Below, in pieces: positions 36,428-46,509 of a stretch of DNA of 47,809 bases (the first letter of the stretch is position 1; the number at the start of each line of letters is the position of its first letter). The DNA is from Basidiobolus meristosporus CBS 931.73 (Eukaryota; Fungi; Basidiobolomycota), in contig MCFE01000669.1 of NCBI GenBank assembly GCA_002104905.1, positions 1 through 47,809 of the forward strand, written 5' to 3'. The notes beneath the pieces were generated by a model that was not told the origin of the DNA, ran no database searches, and worked only from the letters and a program-made list of their open reading frames with translations. The position numbers and the translations under genes were made by a program.

Positions 36428-37493
36428 AACTCAACCAATTCAAGAGAGCTTAGTGCCATCTGGAAGCCCTGACTTTCCTTATCAATCTATGATTGACTGT
36501 CTGATGTATATCATGCTTGGAACATTTCTAGATATACCATATTCAATGGGAGTTGTCAGCCAGCATAATCAGAACTTTGGATCTAATCATATTGAAACAG
36601 TTAAGCAGATTTTTAGATATCTGAAAGGAACTGCTGATATCTGCTTAAGATACACTCATAAGGATTCAGAGCAGGATCTTGTGGGATACTCTGATACTGA
36701 TTGGGGGTGAAATTTGGAAGACAGAAGATCCATTGCACAATACACCTTTCCTTACTGTAAAGGAGCAATTTCATGGAATTCAAGAAAGCAACCAACCATA
36801 GCACTTTCTACCACAGAGGCAGAGCATATTGCAGCCTGTGAAGCTACAAAAGATGCAATGTGGTTAAGAAAGCTTTTTGAGGATTTAGGCTTATGTCAAA
36901 AAATGCCTATTACATTATTTCAAGATAATCAAGGATGTATGGAATTAGGTAGAAATCCAACATTTCATGCTAGAACTAAGCACATAGAAATTAGACATCA
37001 TACCATGCATGAAGCTATAGAGAACAACTTAATCAACTTAGCCTACTGTCCTATAGATGAAATGATTGCAGACATATTCACCAAACCATTAGCTAGAGAC
37101 AAGTTTGAATATCTTAGGTCAAAATTGGGACTAGTCAGTATGAACATTTAGTTGAGTGGGAGTGTTGTAAAAATCTGTAATTCCACCAAAATATTCACCT
37201 AACTTAGTCACTTAGATCATTACATCCAAACCCTTGAGAATACTGACCAAATTCCTTGATGGGATTTACTTAGAATATTTACCCAAAACATGAAAATTAG
37301 ATAAGTTGTCCAAACAGCCCAAACTTTGCACACATGCTCTTGGGACCCTCCTAAGCCTATTCTATGTGTTTGATATATCAAGACCATGTAAAAGTGTAAA
37401 TACTACTTTTACATTCAATATATCATTAAGTGAGAACCACATAATCTACTTGTTCTCCCAATCACTTTCAATATCTCCAGGACTCTTATAACA
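36428..37493 (+). mobile_element. Ty1/copia family E host element, 3' part: RT end, RNaseH, PPT, 3' LTR 37163-37493
   Basis: GYSDTDWG, ALSTTEAE, TKHIEIRHH, ADIFTKPL. PPT TTGAGTGGGAG. LTR TGTTGTAA...TATAACA. Confidence 0.92.
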
Positions 37494-38387
37494 AAAGGAC
37501 CATTTGAACACCATTAAGTTTATTTACCTATATTATCATATTATGCCTAGAAAAGCCTGCAATGCTCCCAAAGGCTGGTGTATCTCCAGTGCAGACAATG
37601 ACATGGGCTTTGACTTGGCAGTCACTCACTAGCATCCTGCTTAATAGCTACTGAAATTCATCTAGTAATGAATGTTGATAGTTATCCAAGATGTATAGTG
37701 TTTGGGGACTAGATGCCTAAAGGTATATATCTTTAGGCTCAAATGATAGATGTATAACCAGTACTTAGGGAGTTGATAGAAAGATGACCATCAAAATCTC
37801 AAAGTTTAAGCCAGTTGTTGGCAACATATGCATGTAAACTTATTAAAGTCCCAATGTGTTCTCTAGTGAGCCATGAGCCAATTTGCTCCAGGTGAAATTC
37901 CCGTGAAATGTTTGTACAACGCCCCTATGAGTGAGAACCTACTCTCAAATACATAAGATTACCAAACTTCGTGTTTATGTACTTTGAATACCTGGCGTGT
38001 TAATTGGCTACGTTGCAACGAGATATGGAAGATGTGTCAAGTGTCAGTACCCGTTCACTGCACCCCTGTTTCTCATAAGAAATGTGGAGAGATTGTAGTG
38101 GATCTGGTGGCTGACAATGAAAATCAGGAATGAGCCGACGCTTCTGTCACATGTAAGTGCATTGCCCATTGCTATCAAACTCCAAGATAAAGGGACAAAA
38201 TGGGAGATTGCATGTGGATTTTGACACTTCATCCACCCATTCCGAACATAGCTTAGACCAACGGTACGGTAGTCTTGATTGGTCGGGGTTGGGCAATGAT
38301 TCAGTGGCTGGCATTTTAACCCACTCAGACCTATCTCCACCTCGCTTTGTCCTTCTCTCCCCCGACCTATTTCTTTCAAGGCATTCC

Positions 38388-39631
38388 ATGGCACCCATCC
38401 TACTGAAAATCAAGGGAAGACACTCCTTCTCTTCCTTCACCAAACTTGCTTCCGAGGAGGAGCTCCAGAAAACTTGGAGAGTGTGCACCCAAGCCAGAGA
38501 CTCCCTGGAGAACGGCTGTCGACTGGAAAACCTCTCTTGGCGGCTTTGGCACCTGCACAAGAAGCTGGTGGTGGGCCAGGGGATGTGGAAGCCCCAGCTC
38601 AAGAGGATCACCTTCGAGGCGGCCACGAGACTCGACCTTGACAACATCTCGAGACAAAACTCGTTGCAAGTTGAACTTGACGCGAACGACAGTTCCCGGT
38701 TGGAGGGCTCGCCTCCCCTAATGGCCACTTCACCACAAGACAAGTCACCTGATATCTCGGTGCGGGACCCCACCACTCTCCAGCTGGTAGCTGATACCAT
38801 GCGTTGCCCGACTCAACTGGCTAACCTCGAGGAGATATTGGGGGCCTATACCACCTCTGCTCTGATGAGCACTCAACAGTATACGGGGCCAAGCACCAAC
38901 GCCGTATCCATATCCCAATTTGCTCCTGTAAGCATCTACGATCAATGGTGCGAAGGAACCGTCCCCTCATCTAGCCATCGCTCCTCTCTATCCACCATGC
39001 TTTCCGTCACGGGGGTACAGGCCAAGGCCCTCCTCCCGTCCCCAAATGAACCTCAGCGACCTCCCCTCTCGGCCAGCTCCAGCTCCAGCTCGTGTGTTTC
39101 CGCCGTCAGTACCGAGACGAAGCTCGAATGTCAGAATTGTGGAGTGACCTCGACCCCGCTTTGGAGACGCTCGACACGTGACGAGCTTCTCTGCAACGCC
39201 TGTGGACTGTAGTGAGTGTTGGGCCACTTCAGAGAGAATTTCCCTGCCGGACTAACAGAGTTGTTTGATGTAGTCTGAAACTCCACAACATGGCCCGACC
39301 CAAGAACATGAAATCCCATGTTGCGCGTAAGGATTCCCGACACGAAGACTCGGGAACCCCGGTGTGCTCGAACTGCGCGACCACAACCACATCTCTGTGG
39401 CGACGGGATGGGGATGGGCTGCCGCTGTGCAACGCTTGCGGGTTATAGTGAGTTCCTCCAGCATAGTCATCGTGAGTTGAATGGGCGCTGACCTCGATGT
39501 TGATCAGTTTGAAGCTGCATCACCAGAAACGACCGCTCTCGATGAAGACCGACGTGATCAAGAAGCGGCAGCGCTACGAAGGTGGGCAGACCACGAACCG
39601 GGGCCCCAAAAACCCCTCCTCTGGGCTGTGA
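38388..39631 (+). CDS. GATA transcription factor, 373 aa, N-terminal AreA-type [10 protein letters not shown] motif (DUF1752-like) plus two C-x2-C-x17-C-x2-C fingers; exons 38388-39211, 39274-39447, 39508-39631
   Basis: GT-AG introns of 62 and 60 nt give an intact frame. Fingers CQNC..TPLWRR..CNACGLY and CSNC..TSLWRR..CNACGLY, basic tail [15 protein letters not shown]. Confidence 0.93.
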
Positions 39632-39744
39632 ACAGAAAGGAGAAATGCACCGACTCGCAGATATGAAGACTTTAATAGTTTAATTCGCGCATTCGTCTAT
39701 TACATTAACTACCATTACGAAGGAAGCGAGACACCTGATCTAAT

Positions 39745-39903
39745 CTATATCGAGCCCGAGAAGTGCTTGGGCAACACCGAGGTTCGGTCGTATTCATCCG
39801 ACGAGTGGGTCAGGTAAATCTTCTCGAACCTGCTGAAACGCACCGCCTTCTTGAGCTTGGCGTTTGCTGGGCCGCAACTGGCCATCGAAGTGGATATCGG
39901 CAT
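39745..39903 (-). CDS. Predicted 52-aa protein with an RVxF + hydrophobic pair + YDR PP1-docking signature (Bni4/spinophilin-like)
   Basis: MPISTSMASCGPANAKLKKAVRFSRFEKIYLTHSSDEYDRTSVLPKHFSGSI*. Below the ORF-track cutoff. TATA-like TATAAAGTATAA on the minus strand at ~40085-40097. Confidence 0.65.
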   Translation of the reverse strand: MPISTSMASCGPANAKLKKAVRFSRFEKIYLTHSSDEYDRTSVLPKHFSGSI

Positions 39904-40396
39904 GAAGTATCTTATCTTGCGAATAACACGGGTGCAACCGTCGCCTTGCCGTGACGAGGCTCACAAGTGGATTGAGTTCAGAAGCCTCCCTTGGTTCAAC
40001 GAAGCGGGACAGGTAGGGGAGGTTAATAGAGGCGGAATGACGGAAAGACAAAGATGTCTAGTCAGGCGGTCGACGGTTACGCGTTATACTTTATACAAGC
40101 GGACCTTGACTCCGTCCACCAGGAATTCCCCGATGACCCCTAGGTTCAAAAACAACTTTGAAACAAGCGGGATGAGCTGGGTGGTGCTTGGACTATATGC
40201 TTTTATCTGGCGAGTCGTTTCGCCAGGCGGATGCGCGCCCAAATAACCGCCAATATGGGGATTTAATGGAGGATTGCATACATTCCACATGCCTGAATAA
40301 ACTCTGCTTATAGGGCGATTTGGTCCATCCTTGATGACATCTACACACCGTGTATACAGGGCGCATCAGCAGGCATATGAAAGTCATAGTGTAGGA

Positions 40397-40410
40397 TTAG
40401 GGTTAGGGTT
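40397..40410 (+). promoter_or_regulatory. TTAGGGTTAGGGTT telomere-repeat-like motif (telobox-like) in the divergent intergenic region
   Basis: 2 1/3 perfect TTAGGG units. Function is inferred only. Confidence 0.45.
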
Positions 40411-40837
40411 GGTCCGGCGCTGACATGTGACAGTCGGAGCCGGTTGGAACCTGGCACTGTCCCTAAAACCCCGATCAGTTACTATTGGAACGGGGCTAGT
40501 GAATGGATGCTGGTTTGGAGTGCTTGGTAGCTAGAAGAGCCTCAAGACTTGCGCCAGGTGGGTAGGCATGTGTGACCGGAAATAGCAACAATCCCACGTT
40601 TGTAAGCAACATTAACTACCAATCACCTGCCACTGCCATACACGGTCATCAGCCATTCGTTCCGTTGGTTCTAGTACACAAGCCGAGAGTATTCTATACC
40701 GTATAAAAAATTGTTTCGCACCGCTATAATAGGATTTGAGGGTGGATGGGTCTTGTTGTTTTAGAGGTGCGGTTTGTTCGGTTTCGCCTCAACTCAGCAC
40801 AACTTGGCAGCAACTGTGGCCCACGCATACGTTGAAT

Positions 40838-41792
40838 ATGGTCGAGCTCAAACAGGTTCCTTCAAGCACCCCCGAGCGCTACTTGAATGGCGGGGGTAGG
40901 TTCGACTTCGAAGTGGTTTACAACAAAGTCTACGAGGCAAGCAAGCGCCCCACTCCTCTGGGCCAGCAGGTACAAAAGGCACTCCAGGTGATAGAGAGGG
41001 CCTTGGTGTTATATGGGTATGTTGGATTTCACCTTCACCTAAATCTCCTGTGTTCCCTTGCTAAGCACCTAGAAGACTGGAAGGCTTGGCCATTAGCTTC
41101 AATGGAGGAAAGGATTGCACGGTACTTCTTCATTTGCTAGCAGCAGCTATCTATAGCCAGCACCTGGAACAGGGAGGGACCGCCAGCGATTTCCCCAAAA
41201 GGGCTATTCAGTCGATATACATCAGAACACCGCAGCCGTTCGTTGAAGTGGAGGATTTCGTGAAGCTGTGTGTGGACTGGTATGGGCTAGATCTCCTCAG
41301 CACCTCAGGCCCAATGAAGGCAGGCCTACAGTACTACTTAGAGCAAAGACCAAAGATCCAAGGAGTGTTGGTCGGAACCAGGCGAACCGATCCGCATGGA
41401 GGTATTGGGCAGTTTGTTAGCGAATCTCTGGAATTGTGCTAAGGATATTGTTACTTCCCGTGGCAGCTAAATTGGCCCACTTCCTACCTACCGATCCGGG
41501 ATGGCCTACGATGATGAGAATCCATCCTATCATCGATTGGAACTACCCGGATATTTGGGATTTCCTGCTAAAACTGGATGTCCCATACTGCCCGCTCTAC
41601 GAATACGGGTAAGACAAAGGATGGTCGCACTTGTCCTGGGAGATCCTAACCTTTTTCGTCCGTAGCTATACCTCGCTGGGCTGCGTCAACAATACCCTCC
41701 CCAACCCCAGCCTGAAGAACGATGATGTTCCTTGCGGGTTCAGCCCCGCCTGGATGCTGCTGCACGGCCACCAAGAGCGTGATGGGCGTTAG
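40838..41792 (+). CDS. FAD1: FAD synthetase (FMN adenylyltransferase, PAPS-reductase fold), 258 aa; exons 40838-41016, 41073-41401, 41467-41608, 41666-41792
   Basis: [50 protein letters not shown]. The spliced length is a multiple of 3. Confidence 0.93.
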
Positions 41793-42104
41793 AATCCCGC
41801 AGCATCACACCCATACCTACACCCACACTCACACCCACACTCCTAGAAGTTGTATTATAAATGTTTGCTTGGATGAGAATAAATCGGTCCGCGGATCATG
41901 TGATCCCCTTGCTGGCCAACCTCATTGGCAAAGGGATGTCTGATTCATAATTGCTGTTACTAAAAGATACCTAGTGTCACTAGCCGACATTTACCCTTAT
42001 TTCCAAAATCATCCCAATTCAACCGAGGTTGGAATTTCCAAAGGGAAAGTTGAATTTTTCTTTTCTCCCGTTTCCCAAGTGGATTATCACTCTACTCCCT
42101 CGCC

Positions 42105-44295
42105 ATGATCACCTCCAACGACGCAACCGAACTAGACCTGCTCCTGAGCCAGACGAAAGACATCCTTGTGCAGTGTAGGTCGCTTTCTCTGCGAGAGAGG
42201 TGGGCCCAGGTTTACTGACCGCGGTTTCCTTCTTCCAGATGTCAACCAATGCCAACAGGAGAACACCCAAGTTGTTGAGCACCTGTGTCCCGAAGAGCTG
42301 GTGAAGGTGTTCGATTTCGGTTTAGAAAAGGATGGGGTCGGCCGCGATGGAATCCTAGACACCATCCAAGGCATGCTCAAATACAGGTGAGGCTCGTTAC
42401 GGCCAGTTTCCCTCTTCCCCATGCCAAGAAACTGCTTTCCAACGCTGACCCATTCTTGTCGTTTGCAGCGTGCGCTCGTGGAATAGCAAATTCATTGACA
42501 AGCTTTACTCTGGAACGGATCCTATAGGTATTGGGCGAAGTGATTAGGTGTGGTTCGATGGCACTAAGCTCGACCCTTTACTAGGCGTTGTTAGCGAGCT
42601 GATGCTTGGAATTCTGAATTCCAATAACCATGTGTACCACGTCTCTCCAGTCACCACTATGATGGAAATCAAAACTGCGGAAAGAATGGCCGAATTGGTC
42701 GGCTTCAAGGTAAGAGGAGTTGGTTTGGGTTGGCAGAATCTCGAGGCTGTCCCACTCACGGCTCATATTCCTCTAGGGGGGCCGCGGCATCACCTGTCCA
42801 GGAGGTTCGGCTTCGAATCAGCTCGCAGTGATCACGGCAAGAAACCGGAAGTTTCCTCACATCAAGACGGTACATAACCTTAGCCTGGCATGCATCTGAT
42901 CCGAGCCTGATCTGATGTAAACTTCATTTAGGAGGGTTCCCGTCGCGGAGAAATCTTGACCATGTTCACGTCCACCCACAGTCACTACTCGCTGGAGAAG
43001 GCGGCCATCATGATCGGCATTGGAATCAACAATCTCATCAAGGTACCCTGTACGGAAGACGGGGCCATGATTCCCGAGGAGCTTGGTAAAGTGCACTGAG
43101 CCTACTCGCCTACTCACCCGTGATGACTTACCGCCTCTTTAGAGAAATCCATCCAGGAATCCATTGCCCGTGGGGAATCGCCCTTCTTTGTCAACGCCAC
43201 CGCCGGCACCACCGTACTGGTATGGCAGCAGTTCAGCACACCTAGTCGCCAGCGATGAGCTAAGTTGAATTCATGTAGGGGGCATTTGATCCTTTGAGGC
43301 CAATCGGAGCCGTATGTCAGAAATACGATCTGTGGTTCCATGTGGATGGAAGCTGGGGAGGATCGGTGATGTTTTCGGAGAAGCTCCGGTATTTGATCGA
43401 TGGATCTGAATTGGTACTTGTTGAAGCAATGGTTCTTGGCCGCACCAGGGCTAACCGAACTTGGTAACTCTAGGCCGATTCCTACACCATCAACCCTCAG
43501 AAAATGTTGGGCGTTCCCCTGCAATGCTCCTACCTGCTCACCAAAGACCCGTTTGTGTTACAGAAGTACAATTCACTCAACGCGGGGTATCTGTTCCATG
43601 GTGAGAATTACGATCTTGGAGATGGCACCGTCGGTTGCGGACGTCGACCAGACGCAGTGAAAATGTTCATGGCATGGAAGTACAACGGGTCACAGGTTCG
43701 ATGGATATCCGGAGGGATAGTGGATGCGTCGTTCCAAGTGCTAACTGGGAATTTTTGTATAGGGCTTTGAGAGTAGAGTGGATCGTGGATTTGAGCTGGC
43801 TCAATACATGTATCGTAAGATTACCGAGAATCCACGGTTCCGAATGGTCAGGAAGCCAGCAAGTCTCAACGTCTGTTTCTGGTAAGTCAACCTACCATCG
43901 TCTCATCTTAGCCAAGCCCAGCACCGACAACCATGGATGCTAGGTATATTCCGGAATCGCTTGATCTGTCATTAGAGAGCACCAACCCAGACCTGTTCCA
44001 TAGCTACCTGGCTCGGGTAACTAAGGAGGTCCACGGGGATATACGAAGATCAGGAAAATACATGGTAAGAAATGCTTTAGGAAGTTACTTGAATGCACAG
44101 GAGATTAAATTTGCCTTGCAGTTTGACTATGCACCCATCCATTACCCCAAACCACTACCTGTCTTCTTCAGGATCATCACCCATCCACGTTTGACATTCC
44201 AGGATTTGGACCAGATGCTTGAGGATATCTCCACTGCGGGGGAGCGCCTCTTCGAAGAGTTTGAGGATGACAGCGCCAGTGTCCAGAGTCGTTAG
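42105..44295 (+). CDS. Group II PLP-dependent acidic amino acid decarboxylase (GAD/CSAD/ADC-like), 498 aa, 12 exons
   Basis: PGGSASN, SHYSLEKAA, NATAGTTVLGAFDP, HVDGSWGG, NPQKMLGVPLQCS, CGRRPDAVK. Eleven GT-AG introns keep the frame. Confidence 0.92.
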
Positions 44296-44920
44296 ATATT
44301 GGTTTTGTTCTCCCTGCCATAACACAGCGTCTATACCCTGAAATAAAGAAACGCGAACGAAACACATCAATTAAAGAATCAGCTGATCTGGCGCAAGGTG
44401 GAACAAGACGTTGGTGGAATGCACCTCTGATTATTCCACCTCAGTTCCACCGACAGGGGAACAATGGGAAAGCGCACCGATCGTCGACCCATTCCACCAA
44501 TGTCTGATTCCGCCCCCTGCCCTGTTAAACAAATAGTCAGCGGTGCTTGTATACCGATTTCAATGAGCTGTCACATTGCGACGTTTGGTACGAATCGTGG
44601 GAACATAGCCACACTATCAATGGGCATCAGGGTAGTATGACCATCAACATCAAGCATGAACGTCAATGAGATCAAGTTACAGGCAGGCCAAATAAAGTCA
44701 TGATTCTCACCTACGTGTATACCAATCCCGCACTTCGCGGAGATACCAACCACTGTGAGAGAACTGGGCTATCACTGGTCCAATCTCACGTCTCATCTGA
44801 AGGGGAAAATGGTGGAATATGGGCGACAAGATCTCTGAGATGTTCATAAAAGAGAATTCTCCCCCTACATTCGACATTATATTTGGTTGCCTCTCTTCAC
44901 TTCACCCCACCTGTTGAACG

Positions 44921-46318
44921 ATGAACTCCTTCGCTATCCTTGGTAAACGCCTCGCTTCCTCTGCCATGGTCCTCAAGTCGGTGAAGCCCGCCTTTGCTTC
45001 TCAACCCATCAGGTAACTGCCATCAAAAAGATTCTCTTGTGGTCGAGTGGGCACTGATCTGTGGTTTGTAGACACTTCTCCCAAACCCAAACGGCACTTG
45101 ACCAGCCCACGAATCTCTTCAGCTTTACTGAGGAAGAGCAGATGTTCCGGGACGTTGGTAAGTATCCAATGGGACTTGCATAGTCGACTGGGATTAACCA
45201 ACCATATTTGACCATCAGTCGCCAGATACGCCACCGAAAAGGTGCTTCCCAAAGTATCGGAAATGGATGAGAAAGAGTTCATGTACCCCGAAATCATTCA
45301 AGGCCTTTTCGACAATGGCTTGATGGGTGTGGAGGTGGATTCGGAGTACGGCGGTGCCGGTGGCTCCTTCGTTTCCGCCATCACCGTTGTTGAAGAGCTG
45401 GCCAAGATTGACCCGTCCGTCAGTGCCATGTGCGACATTCACAACACTTTGGTGAACCGCACTGTTAGTGACTACGCCTCCAAGGAGCTCAAGGAGAAGT
45501 ATCTCACTAGATTGGCTACCGATACCGTTGGATCGTTCTGCCTCACTGAGGCTGGATCTGGCAGTGATGCTTTCGCTCTAGCCACACGTGCCGAGGATCG
45601 GGGTGATCACTATGTGCTGAATGGATCCAAGATGTGGATCTCCAATTCAGCCGAGGCAGGGATCTTTGTGGTGTTTGCCAATGTGGACCCATCCAAGGGA
45701 TACAAAGGAATCACCTGCTTTATGGTTGAGCGCGAGATGGGAGTTGAGATCGCCAAGAAGGAGCTGAAGCTTGGCATCCGTGCCTCTTCTACATGCGTCC
45801 TGAATTTCGACAATGTCAAGGTGCCCAAGGAGAACGTGATTGGAGAAGTCGGTAAAGGATACAAGTACGCAATTGATGTGTTGAATGAGGGGCGTATTGG
45901 TATCGCCGCCCAGATGGTTGGTCTTGCCCAAGGAGTGTTCAATGTGACCATGCCATACCTGTTCCAACGCAAGCAATTCGGCCAGCCCATTGGCCATTTC
46001 CAGGGCATGCAATTCCAGTACGCACAGATCGCCACGGAAATCGAATGCGCTCGTCTGTTGACTTACAACACCGCGAGAATGAGAGAGCAAGGGCTGGACT
46101 TTGTCAAAGAAGCAGCTATGGCCAAGCTCTACGCCTGCCAGGTTGCTGAAAGAGCCGCCTCCAAGTGTGTCGAATGGATGGGTGGTATCGGATTCACCCG
46201 TGAGTTCCCAGCCGAAAAGTTCCTTCGTGATAGTAAGATCGGATCCATCTACGAAGGTACTAGTAACATTCAATTGCAAACAATCGCCAAAGCCTTGGTC
46301 AAGCAATACTCTCAATGA
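44921..46318 (+). CDS. Mitochondrial short/branched-chain acyl-CoA dehydrogenase (ACADSB-like), 425 aa; exons 44921-45012, 45072-45157, 45219-46318
   Basis: Basic/Ser-rich presequence, FCLTEAGSGSDAFAL, KMWISN, KLGIRASSTC, LNEGRIGIAAQ, RKQFGQ, KIGSIYEGTSNIQ. Confidence 0.95.
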
Positions 46319-46509
46319 GGACAAAGGCTTAGCAAATAACGCTCCCTACGAGGAGGAACCAAGCCATTACACACACACAGTAACATATGCACACATCTCA
46401 TGGAATAAACACATTGTTGGTTTTGATTGCCAATTTATTCACACACTATGTTGGAGCTTTTCCCACTAAGCAGACAACTTCAATCTAGCATTTGACCAGG
46501 GTTTTATCT

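Noticed and set aside
38157-38387. 77-codon upstream extension of the GATA ORF in the track
   Set aside because: It begins at a non-ATG codon. The first ATG (38388) is followed directly by the conserved N-terminal block.
9905-39631. Functional link between the GATAA-rich LTR-B and the neighbouring GATA gene
   Set aside because: A trans-acting factor needs no proximity, and the distance is 9-28 kb across heterochromatin.
39794-40051. 85-aa minus-strand ORF in the track
   Set aside because: Non-ATG start and no motif. The meaningful PP1-docking peptide is in a different frame (39903-39745).
41805-41842. CA-rich tract resembling yeast C1-3A telomeric DNA
   Set aside because: A short imperfect microsatellite just after the FAD1 stop, with no other support.
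45610-46324. 141-aa and 225-aa antisense ORFs over the acyl-CoA dehydrogenase (likewise 38147-38800 over the GATA gene)
   Set aside because: Shadow ORFs caused by codon bias on the coding strand.
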